The translations under genes were made by a program, and so were the position numbers. From the IMG/VR virus record IMGVR_UViG_3300021963_000034, positions 64,001 to 128,000 of that record: a stretch of 64,000 nt of DNA, one strand, 5' to 3'. Positions 21,002 to 29,183 of the stretch are shown here, one piece after another. How positions within the stretch are numbered: position 1 is the first letter of the stretch; every line of letters starts with the position of its first letter. The stretch is from a virus. Under the pieces are notes generated by a model. The model searched no databases and was not told the DNA's origin. It saw nothing but the letters and a program-made list of their open reading frames with translations.

Positions 21002-21681
21002 GATTTCATACTTTTTATACCAAAAATCTTTCAGAACAACTGATAGAAGACCATAAGAAAGTCTGTAATCATATTGGCATTGATGTGACTTATCATATTC
21101 AAGATGCAATAGATGATTATGATACTCTTTATACCGCTCACGGAAAGTTTATGACTTCTGTAATGGAGCAGGAAGAGGTTGCTTGTTTTCTTGATATTGA
21201 TTGTCTTCCGCATAATAAAGAACTTCTGGAAAGAGCATACAACTGGGCAATAGAAAATAAATCTTTTGTCGGAAATGCTCAAAACATTTCTCATACGCAA
21301 ATGAGAAATCATATCTATGCTGCTGCTTCTTGTTTAATTGTAACGAAAGATGCCTGGAATACTTTGGGTAATCCAGACTTTTCCTGGTTTATGCAGAATG
21401 AAGTTCAAATAGATACTGCACAACTTCTCACATTAAGAGCAGACCAAATTGGAATGCCCTATCAATTAATGTATCCTGTTGGTTATGATGGTCCAGAAGA
21501 ATATAAACTTTCTGGATATGGAATATATGGAACAGGAACTTTATACCCAGCAACTTGGCATTATTTTAGAATCAGTAAGTTCAAGGATCAAATACCAGAC
21601 CTTTGGACAACTCGTGTAAATAATATATTAGAAGGTCAAAAGATTATTCCAAATTATTCATCGTGTTTTTATGAACTATAA
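20998..21681 (+). CDS. putative GT-A-like glycosyltransferase
   Basis: CFLDIDCLP DxD motif; gene context. Confidence 0.55.
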   Translation: MRFHTFYTKNLSEQLIEDHKKVCNHIGIDVTYHIQDAIDDYDTLYTAHGKFMTSVMEQEEVACFLDIDCLPHNKELLERAYNWAIENKSFVGNAQNISHTQMRNHIYAAASCLIVTKDAWNTLGNPDFSWFMQNEVQIDTAQLLTLRADQIGMPYQLMYPVGYDGPEEYKLSGYGIYGTGTLYPATWHYFRISKFKDQIPDLWTTRVNNILEGQKIIPNYSSCFYEL

Positions 21682-22438
21682 GTTTTTGTTTTTAGTTGGG
21701 TCTGCAATTAATCATTTTAAAGAGGATGATTTGAGTGCTTTTAAAGCAGAAGAAAGATTTCAACAGACATTAGATACTATTCAGTCAATTAAGAATAAAG
21801 TTCCAGATGCTTATATTTTAATCTACGAAGGCTCTGAAACTCCTATCAAAGATGAGTATAAAGATATTCTGAGACAGAAATCTGATTTGTTTATTCAGTG
21901 TGGTAGTGACCCTTATATGAAATCTTTGTATGAGAACATTCACAAAGACCCACCAAAGTTCACATTTGTAAAATCTATGCTTGAGTGTAGATGTTTACAG
22001 ATTGTTCTGAATCATATGAGACAGCACAATATCTTTAATGATGTCACAAGAGTGTTTAAGTTGACTGGTCGGTATACTCTTAATGATAACTTTGACATCA
22101 ATGACTACAAGAGTAAATTCTTAATCAATAAGTATGTGATGAAATATTATGACTACAAAGAAAGATTTGAGGAGATGGATGATATCTATGTTTCTCTCTT
22201 TGGATGTAAAGGAACAACCGTAACTGGATTGTGGTCCTTTGACCGATTCTTATTCAATGATATTTTTAATGTTCTTCAGAAGAGTTTTGAATATATGGAA
22301 AGAGCAATTCAGTTAACTTGTGGTATGGACATTGAACATTCTTTCTATCACTTTATCAAGAGAGATGATATCATAAATGTTCCTATTCTTGGTGTTGATG
22401 TAGTTAAAGGTATGGATGGAGACAGATTTTCATTATGA
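21671..22438 (+). CDS. hypothetical protein, glycan-modification associated
   Basis: ERFQQTLDTIQSI..VFKLTGRY..DIEH; coupled within the cluster. Confidence 0.5.
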   Translation: MNYKFLFLVGSAINHFKEDDLSAFKAEERFQQTLDTIQSIKNKVPDAYILIYEGSETPIKDEYKDILRQKSDLFIQCGSDPYMKSLYENIHKDPPKFTFVKSMLECRCLQIVLNHMRQHNIFNDVTRVFKLTGRYTLNDNFDINDYKSKFLINKYVMKYYDYKERFEEMDDIYVSLFGCKGTTVTGLWSFDRFLFNDIFNVLQKSFEYMERAIQLTCGMDIEHSFYHFIKRDDIINVPILGVDVVKGMDGDRFSL

Positions 22439-23091
22439 AACTCGCAATCTTTTATCATACTTTTCAAAATGAAATATCTGCTTTCATTTATCAACAACAA
22501 ATCAATCGTCTTTATGTGACTGGATTAATGAATGCTGTTGATTATATGCATATTGGTGTAAATGGAAATAACGAGTTATTCAATGTTCCATCTAAAGCAA
22601 AAGTTGTATACAATCAAAATCAAAAAGAAGAAACAGAAACATTGATTGCATTAAAAGATTTTGCATACGAAAATCCAGATTATAAAATTTTATATTTTCA
22701 CACTAAAGGTGCAAGTAAGGGAACTTTGATTGCAAATGCTTGGAGATTGATGATGGAGTATTTTGTAATTGATAAGTGGAAAGAGTGTGTGGAAATGTTG
22801 GATGAATATGATTGTGTTGGTTCAAATCTAAATCCCGTGGGAGAAACTTTATGGAGTGATGGCACAACAACTATACCAGTAGAAGGAACTTATAATTTTA
22901 CTGGAAATTTCTGGTGGGCAACTGCGAAACACATTCAATCATTAGATCATAAATTTTTGACAAGTGATTATCGTATAGATAGAGAACTATGGATTGGAAG
23001 TAATCCAAACTCAAATCCCGGAACCATTTATCAACCGGGAGTATATGAGTCCTATGAACATTTCTACATGGAGGAAGATTATGTTTCGTAA
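22435..23091 (+). CDS. hypothetical protein, glycosyltransferase-associated domain
   Basis: ILYFHTKG..WRLMMEYF..YDCVG..GNFWWA..ELWIG. Confidence 0.5.
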   Translation: MKLAIFYHTFQNEISAFIYQQQINRLYVTGLMNAVDYMHIGVNGNNELFNVPSKAKVVYNQNQKEETETLIALKDFAYENPDYKILYFHTKGASKGTLIANAWRLMMEYFVIDKWKECVEMLDEYDCVGSNLNPVGETLWSDGTTTIPVEGTYNFTGNFWWATAKHIQSLDHKFLTSDYRIDRELWIGSNPNSNPGTIYQPGVYESYEHFYMEEDYVS

Positions 23092-23452
23092 TTGTGGAGA
23101 ATGTACTGCTTGTTGCACTTGGTTACAAGGTTCTGCTTATGGATATGAGTTTGGTGGTGGAAAGTCTTGTAAGTTTTTATGTGAGACTGGGTGTAGTGTT
23201 CATAAGGCAAGACCAAAATTATGTGAGGGATATTTTTGTGCTTGGGCTCAAGAACTCATAACAGAAGAAATGAGACCTGATAAATGTGGTGTTCTTGTTT
23301 CTGTTGAAAATAATGAGAACGGACAATATCTCAAATTGGTTTCTACTCAAGAAGAAATAAATAAAGATATATTAGAATATTTTAGAAATTGGAGTAGTAT
23401 AATGAATACTCCTGTGATTTATTCAAACAATAATTCCTGGGAAGTCCTCTAA
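23081..23452 (+). CDS. YkgJ-like CxxCxxCC metal-binding protein
   Basis: CGECTACC..CKFL..GCSVHKARPKLC..YFCAW; GGAGG upstream of ATG 23081. Confidence 0.75.
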   Translation: MFRNCGECTACCTWLQGSAYGYEFGGGKSCKFLCETGCSVHKARPKLCEGYFCAWAQELITEEMRPDKCGVLVSVENNENGQYLKLVSTQEEINKDILEYFRNWSSIMNTPVIYSNNNSWEVL

Positions 23453-24627
23453 TGCCTACTTTTTACAATTACACAGAGAATGGTGCAGTATATTCTTTTG
23501 ATGATGTCTTTGTTCCTGCTGATGCTTTTAGGCAGGGGAACTTATGGACTTGGGGTAATAATTCTTCTGGACGACTAGGAGACAATACAGCACCCAATAG
23601 ATCCACTCCAGTCACAACACTTGCTGGCGGAGCAAACTGGAAACAAGTTTTTGCTGGAGTAAATAATACAGTAGCAATCAAAACAGATGGAACCCTATGG
23701 ACTTGGGGTTATAATATTGGTGGACAACTAGGAGACAATACAACAACTGATAGATCCACTCCAGTCACCACATTCGCAGGAGGAACTAACTGGAAACAAG
23801 TAAGTGCAGGAAATCTACATACATTAGCAATCAAAACTGATGGAACCTTATGGACTTGGGGGAGTAATGCTTATGGACAACTAGGAGACAATACATCAAC
23901 CAATAGATCCACTCCAGTCACTACATTCGCAGGAGGAACCAACTGGAAACAAGTTGCTTGTGGTCAAATTCATACAGCAGCAATTAAAACCGATGGAACC
24001 TTATGGACTTGGGGTCGTAATCTTAGTGGGCAAGTAGGAGACAATACAACAACCAGTAGATTCACTCCAGTCACCACATTCGCAGGAGGAACTAACTGGA
24101 AACAAGTAAGTGCAGGAAGTCTACATACATTAGCAATCAAAACTGATGGAACCTTATGGACTTGGGGTCGTAATAATAGTGGACAACTAGGAGACAATGC
24201 AGCAACTGATAGATCCACTCCAGTAACAACATTCGCTGGAGGAAATAATTGGAAACAAGTTGCTTTTAGTGCTAATGGATATCATACTGCAGCAATTAAA
24301 ACCGATGGAACCTTATGGACTTGGGGTCGTAATCTTAGTGGACAACTAGGAGACAATGCAGCAACTGATAGATCCACTCCAGTAACAACATTCGCAGGAG
24401 GAACTAACTGGAAACAAGTTGCTAGTGCTGGCAATTATACAGCAGCAGTCAAAACTGATGGAACCTTATGGACTTGGGGTCGTAATAGTAGTGGACAACT
24501 AGGAGACAATACAACAACCAATAGATCCACTCCAGTAACAACATTCGCAGGAGGAAATAATTGGAAACAAGTTGCTAGTGGATATTCTCATACAGCAGCA
24601 ACAACCTACATAGATGATTATCAGTAA
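23452..24627 (+). CDS. RCC1/BLIP-II repeat beta-propeller protein 3 (7 repeats)
   Basis: Same repeat scaffold, third distinct N-terminus. Confidence 0.9.
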   Translation: MPTFYNYTENGAVYSFDDVFVPADAFRQGNLWTWGNNSSGRLGDNTAPNRSTPVTTLAGGANWKQVFAGVNNTVAIKTDGTLWTWGYNIGGQLGDNTTTDRSTPVTTFAGGTNWKQVSAGNLHTLAIKTDGTLWTWGSNAYGQLGDNTSTNRSTPVTTFAGGTNWKQVACGQIHTAAIKTDGTLWTWGRNLSGQVGDNTTTSRFTPVTTFAGGTNWKQVSAGSLHTLAIKTDGTLWTWGRNNSGQLGDNAATDRSTPVTTFAGGNNWKQVAFSANGYHTAAIKTDGTLWTWGRNLSGQLGDNAATDRSTPVTTFAGGTNWKQVASAGNYTAAVKTDGTLWTWGRNSSGQLGDNTTTNRSTPVTTFAGGNNWKQVASGYSHTAATTYIDDYQ

Positions 24628-24644
24628 AACATTATTTCTTAATT

Positions 24645-25427
24645 ATGAAAACATTATTTTTCCTTTCTGGTCTTCCAAGATCAGGTTCTACTTTACTTGG
24701 ATCAATTCTTTCACAACATCCAAAACTCCAAGCAACTCCAACATCACCACTTGCCGATTTGCTCTGTTGGATTGATGAGGGTTTTTCAAAGATAGACTTA
24801 CAATATACTTACGATAAACAACAGATACAATACAATACATATAATTCAATACTTGAAAACTTCTACAATCACATAGAGAAACCTTGCATTCTTGATAAGC
24901 ATCGTGGTTGGTGTAAGAATGTATCTTCTATTGAAAAGTTTCTCAAACAGAAACCAAAAATCATTGCAACAAACAGAAGAATAAGTGAAGTTCTTGCTTC
25001 TTATATTCTACTCATTCAAAGAAATAATGAAGCAGATAATTTTGTAGATGCACATTTGAGAAGAGAGGGAAAGCTCATTACCACAGATAATCGTATTGAG
25101 TGTTTATGGAAGAATTATGTTTGCGATCCTTATGAGAGTTTGGTTTATGGTTTGACTAATTATAGGGACAATATTCATCTTGTAGATTATAATAATCTTA
25201 CACAAGACCCAGAACAAGAACTTAAAAAGATTTATGAGTTTCTAGAAATAGAAAATCATTCACACGATTTTTCTAATATCTTTAATACTTGTGCCGAAGA
25301 AAAGGACCACGAATGGGGTATTGATAATCTTCATCAAATTCGCACCAAACTTCAAAGAACTTCACCACCACCAGAAGAAGTGATTGGTGAAGAAAATGTA
25401 AAACTTTATGATAAATTTAATCTATGA
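24645..25427 (+). CDS. sulfotransferase family protein
   Basis: SGLPRSGSTLLGSILSQHP PAPS-binding loop; DKHRGW; VDYNNLTQDPEQELKKIYEFL. Confidence 0.88.
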   Translation: MKTLFFLSGLPRSGSTLLGSILSQHPKLQATPTSPLADLLCWIDEGFSKIDLQYTYDKQQIQYNTYNSILENFYNHIEKPCILDKHRGWCKNVSSIEKFLKQKPKIIATNRRISEVLASYILLIQRNNEADNFVDAHLRREGKLITTDNRIECLWKNYVCDPYESLVYGLTNYRDNIHLVDYNNLTQDPEQELKKIYEFLEIENHSHDFSNIFNTCAEEKDHEWGIDNLHQIRTKLQRTSPPPEEVIGEENVKLYDKFNL

Positions 25428-26110
25428 TTGAAGTATTTTTAAGACACTGCTACACATCCAAAGTAAATCTTTCGGGAGCAAATCGTCCAGAGTGGTGGGA
25501 TAAAGAAAAGGTATTTCAAAATTTCAAGAATACCCTCAATCCAGAAACCACTAACTATACAATCATCTTTGATGAGTGTTATGGAAAGCAGAAAGATACA
25601 TTTCTCAAAAATGAGAATGCAGTAACTATTAATTGTGGTAAAGAAAGTGAAAGTTTCTGTAAGACACTGGACCACATTCTTTCACAAGACTTTGATGATG
25701 ATACAATCATTTATTTCCTTGAAGATGATTATGTACATCGTCCAAACTGGGATAGAGCCCTCATAGATGGATTTACTCTACCTGTTCAGTATGTAACCTT
25801 ATATGATCACGGAGATAAGTATCAGGAGATGTATAAGGACTTTATGACGAAAGTTCTTGCAACAAAATATTCTCACTGGATGCCAACTCCATCAACTACA
25901 AATACCTTTGCAATGAAGTTCAAGACACTCAAAGAAGATAAAGAAGTTCATAAACACTTCTCAACTGGTTTTGAACCTTCCGCAGATCACGGTAAATTTT
26001 TAGAACTACATAAGAGAGGAAGAAATTTAATTTCAAGTATTCCTGGTTATTCTACACACGCACATAAAGACTTTTTATCACCTTGTATTGATTGGAGCAC
26101 ATATCTATGA
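25424..26110 (+). CDS. putative GT-A glycosyltransferase
   Basis: IIYFLEDDYVH motif; IPGYSTH; context. Confidence 0.6.
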   Translation: MIEVFLRHCYTSKVNLSGANRPEWWDKEKVFQNFKNTLNPETTNYTIIFDECYGKQKDTFLKNENAVTINCGKESESFCKTLDHILSQDFDDDTIIYFLEDDYVHRPNWDRALIDGFTLPVQYVTLYDHGDKYQEMYKDFMTKVLATKYSHWMPTPSTTNTFAMKFKTLKEDKEVHKHFSTGFEPSADHGKFLELHKRGRNLISSIPGYSTHAHKDFLSPCIDWSTYL

Positions 26111-27072
26111 GAGTAACACTATATGCTATTGCAAAGAACGAAGAAAAGAATATTAAAAAATTTCTTAAAAACTCAAAGAAGTTTGACGATGTAGTTGTAG
26201 TTGATACTGGAAGCACAGACAACACCGTTCAACTACTCAAAGATGCTGGCATTAAAGTCTATGAGCATCCACAAACAAGAGAAGAGTTTGATTTTTCAGT
26301 AGCACGAAATCAGGCACTTTCTTATGTAGAAACTGATTGGGCTTTTGCACTTGACTTTAATGAAGATGTAGATGAGTTTTATCCAGAAGGATTTGGTGTA
26401 ATTGCGGATGAGTTCACTACTTTTAATCATTTGAGATTTGATGATAATGGAAAGGATGAACCAGTCCAATCAAATGAGGTTCACACAAGGTTTCATAGGA
26501 CAAAGAATTATACTTGGATCAATGCAGTTCACGAAGTTCCAAACTTTGTTCCAACAGAAGAATATTTAAATCCATCAAGTGTAGATACAACGATTAAGAT
26601 TACTAAAAAAATTCATAAGACCATAGACAAAGAACTTTTTTACTTCTCAATTTGTGAAAGAGAACACAAGAAAGATCCATCCAACTGGTATTGGATTTGG
26701 TTTATTTTCAATCATTATTTTAATGTGAATAATACAGAGAAAGCACTTGAATATGGTCAAGAATTTTTGAATGTTTCTAAACCATATTTTGATAGTTTTA
26801 GAATCATTGCTTTTATTCGTTGCAGTCAAATTCTACTTTCTATCGGAGATACTCAAAGAGGAATGAATTATGCTTTCCATGCATTGAGTGAAGCAATGAA
26901 TATGGGAGGACATCATTTAACCCAAGCCTTTAGTTATTTCTTTGAACTTTCTAAAATGATGAATAATTCAGATTTAATTGTTTTTGCAACTGCATTCAAT
27001 CCAGAAACTTTAACATCTGAAGAAAGAATAAAAGCAATTAAAAATTTATATAATAATATTGAAAGGGATTGA
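26107..27072 (+). CDS. GT2 glycosyltransferase with TPR-like C-terminus
   Basis: YAIAKNEEKNI..VVVVDTGSTDNT..FDFSVARNQAL..ALDFNE..W..AVHE. Confidence 0.85.
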   Translation: MRVTLYAIAKNEEKNIKKFLKNSKKFDDVVVVDTGSTDNTVQLLKDAGIKVYEHPQTREEFDFSVARNQALSYVETDWAFALDFNEDVDEFYPEGFGVIADEFTTFNHLRFDDNGKDEPVQSNEVHTRFHRTKNYTWINAVHEVPNFVPTEEYLNPSSVDTTIKITKKIHKTIDKELFYFSICEREHKKDPSNWYWIWFIFNHYFNVNNTEKALEYGQEFLNVSKPYFDSFRIIAFIRCSQILLSIGDTQRGMNYAFHALSEAMNMGGHHLTQAFSYFFELSKMMNNSDLIVFATAFNPETLTSEERIKAIKNLYNNIERD

Positions 27073-27074
27073 AT

Positions 27075-27944
27075 ATGAAATCAATATGTTTTTTCACAAA
27101 TGGTCATAATGGAGATATTGTTCACAGCAAATCTTTCATTCAAGAAATAACAAAACAACTTGATATACCTTGTCTCTATCATCATCATAATAATTTTAAA
27201 GTTAGTCAAGATCTTTTAGCGATTTCAACACAAATTGCTCCAAATAATTATTATGATAAGTTCATAGAAACTCCAAGTATTTTTTTCGTTAACACTTGGT
27301 TATGGCCATATCTGCTTGATAAATCTTTTGAAGATGTAAATCTCGAAACCAACTATGCGATTTATAAAAATATTTGTGAGGTTATAAATTCTAAGTTTAA
27401 TACAAATATAAAATTAAAAGAAATTGAAAATTACTTTCCTTTTATAAATTTTGATTTAGTTCAAAGAGAAAATATAAATGACTATGTTTTAAATAATAAA
27501 AATAAGAAAGTTTTATTGTGTAATGGTCCTTGTTTATCTGGACAATCTTCTTATAATGAAGATATGTCATCTATTATTGAAAATCTATCTCTGGAATATA
27601 AAAATATTACATTTATAGCAACTCAAAAATTTAATACTACCACAAATAATATTCATTTTACTGATGATATTATTAAAATAAAAGGGTGTGACTTGAATGA
27701 AATTGGATATCTATCTACTTTTTGTAGTTTGATTGTTGGTAAAAATTCAGGACCATTTTGTTATTCTACAACCAAAGATAATTATAATGATCCCGATAAA
27801 ATTTTTTATGCATTTGGGCAAAGGAAGGGTGATTGTTTTCATGGAAATATCAAAATAAAAGCAAAATTTTATTTTGATGGAGCATCTAATGATGTTATGT
27901 TGTATAATTCTATAAATTCTATTATCGAAAAAAATTTAATATGA
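27075..27944 (+). CDS. putative GT-B-like glycosyltransferase
   Basis: HNGDI..DLNEIGYLSTFCSLIVGKNSGP; visibly more AT-rich than neighbours. Confidence 0.5.
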   Translation: MKSICFFTNGHNGDIVHSKSFIQEITKQLDIPCLYHHHNNFKVSQDLLAISTQIAPNNYYDKFIETPSIFFVNTWLWPYLLDKSFEDVNLETNYAIYKNICEVINSKFNTNIKLKEIENYFPFINFDLVQRENINDYVLNNKNKKVLLCNGPCLSGQSSYNEDMSSIIENLSLEYKNITFIATQKFNTTTNNIHFTDDIIKIKGCDLNEIGYLSTFCSLIVGKNSGPFCYSTTKDNYNDPDKIFYAFGQRKGDCFHGNIKIKAKFYFDGASNDVMLYNSINSIIEKNLI

Positions 27945-28300
27945 AAATTTCAATCCCAGTATCAGTAGGTGAACTGTTTGATAAGATTTCTATTTTAGAA
28001 ATCAAAGCATTTCTCACAGACGATGAATATGTTCATAAGGAACTTGAAGACCTAAATCAAATCAAAATATTGGCAAGCACTCAATATACTTTGGAGTACG
28101 AAGTTCAATTGAAAAAGGTCAACGAAAAATTATGGAAGATTGAGGACAAACTCAGAAAACTGGAAAAAGAACAACGGTTTGATGATGAATTTATAGAACT
28201 TGCTCGTAGTGTTTATATTACAAATGATGAGCGGGCAAGGATTAAATCAAAAATTAATGAAATAACTAACTCACCTTATAGAGAAATTAAATTGTATTGA
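27941..28300 (+). CDS. DUF6165-like protein
   Basis: PVSVGELFDKISILEIK..VNEKLWKIED..FIELARSVYITNDERARIK..IN. Confidence 0.75.
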   Translation: MKISIPVSVGELFDKISILEIKAFLTDDEYVHKELEDLNQIKILASTQYTLEYEVQLKKVNEKLWKIEDKLRKLEKEQRFDDEFIELARSVYITNDERARIKSKINEITNSPYREIKLY

Positions 28301-28302
28301 TT

Positions 28303-28470
28303 ATGAAACGTGCTCTTATTACTGGTGGTGCTGGATTTATTGCACATCACTTAAATGGTGACAAAATGAAGCAACTGGGTTGGGTTCCTGCAAAATCTGT
28401 AAGAGAACGCATCACCAAAGTCGTAAAGTGGACTCTTGAAAATGAAAGGTGGATTACAAACTTAAGTTAA
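28303..28470 (+). pseudogene. internally deleted NAD-dependent sugar epimerase/dehydratase
   Basis: 55 aa, not in ORF track: MKRALITGGAGFIAHHL joined directly to NGDKMKQLGWVPAKSVRERITKVVKWTLENERW. Confidence 0.8.
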
Positions 28471-28500
28471 AAGATAAATACTTAAAAATACCCAAGAAAA

Positions 28501-28836
28501 ATGGCAGTTGCTGAGATTACAAATATAGTCATTGAGAAGGGAACTCACTTTGAGGCAACTTTTAATCTTTTTGATCCTGACCAATCTGCTTCAGTTTTAA
28601 CTGGACTCACAACAACTTATGCATCTATTCGTAAACACGTAACATCCACTTCTTATGAAGAATTTGCAAAAACAATTACTTCTGGTAATGGAACCATAAA
28701 ATTAACATTAACACCAGAACAAACTGCTAACCTGAGTCAGGGAAGAAATTATTTTGATGTTGTGCTTACTTTGAATGGAAAGAGAATTAAAGTTATAAAA
28801 GGTACTGCCATGGTAGAGGAGAGTGTATCAGTATGA
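28501..28836 (+). CDS. small probable virion protein
   Basis: NIVIEKGTHF..ASIRKH..GRNYFDV; late promoter gataaata at 28473. Confidence 0.7.
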   Translation: MAVAEITNIVIEKGTHFEATFNLFDPDQSASVLTGLTTTYASIRKHVTSTSYEEFAKTITSGNGTIKLTLTPEQTANLSQGRNYFDVVLTLNGKRIKVIKGTAMVEESVSV

Positions 28837-29138
28837 CTTATAACGTCAAGTTATCTCAACAAAATTACAAAGTAAGTCTTTCATCTAAGATAGAGATCAT
28901 GCCACAAAATTTAAACGAATTAACCGATGTAGAAATTAGTGGTAATAAAGATAAGTATGTTCTAATGTATGATGCTGCTTCTGGTAAGTGGAAGGATGTA
29001 AATCCAGATGAGGTCTTTAATGCAGCAGCATCTACAGAAACAACACAACCAGGTTTTGTTGGTTATGCAACTGCCTTCCTAGATCGTGTAGATGTTGACC
29101 TAGATAATAAAATTAATCTTGATGGTGGAACATTTTAA
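28833..29138 (+). CDS. small probable virion protein
   Basis: LNELTDV..VLMYDAASGKW..LDGGTF; ATGA coupling. Confidence 0.7.
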   Translation: MTYNVKLSQQNYKVSLSSKIEIMPQNLNELTDVEISGNKDKYVLMYDAASGKWKDVNPDEVFNAAASTETTQPGFVGYATAFLDRVDVDLDNKINLDGGTF

Positions 29139-29183
29139 GTATTCTAAATAATATTAATTAGGAAACTGCATAAAGGTATTCGG

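Noticed and set aside
16190-24600. Regularly spaced ~155-nt DNA repeats as a CRISPR array
   Set aside because: They are in-frame coding RCC1 units with long conserved parts and short variable parts; no cas genes or unique spacers.
19210-28300. Cassette as T4-type DNA glucosylation
   Set aside because: No hydroxymethylase or alpha/beta-glucosyltransferase motifs recognised; TPR fusions and tail context point elsewhere, though not excluded.
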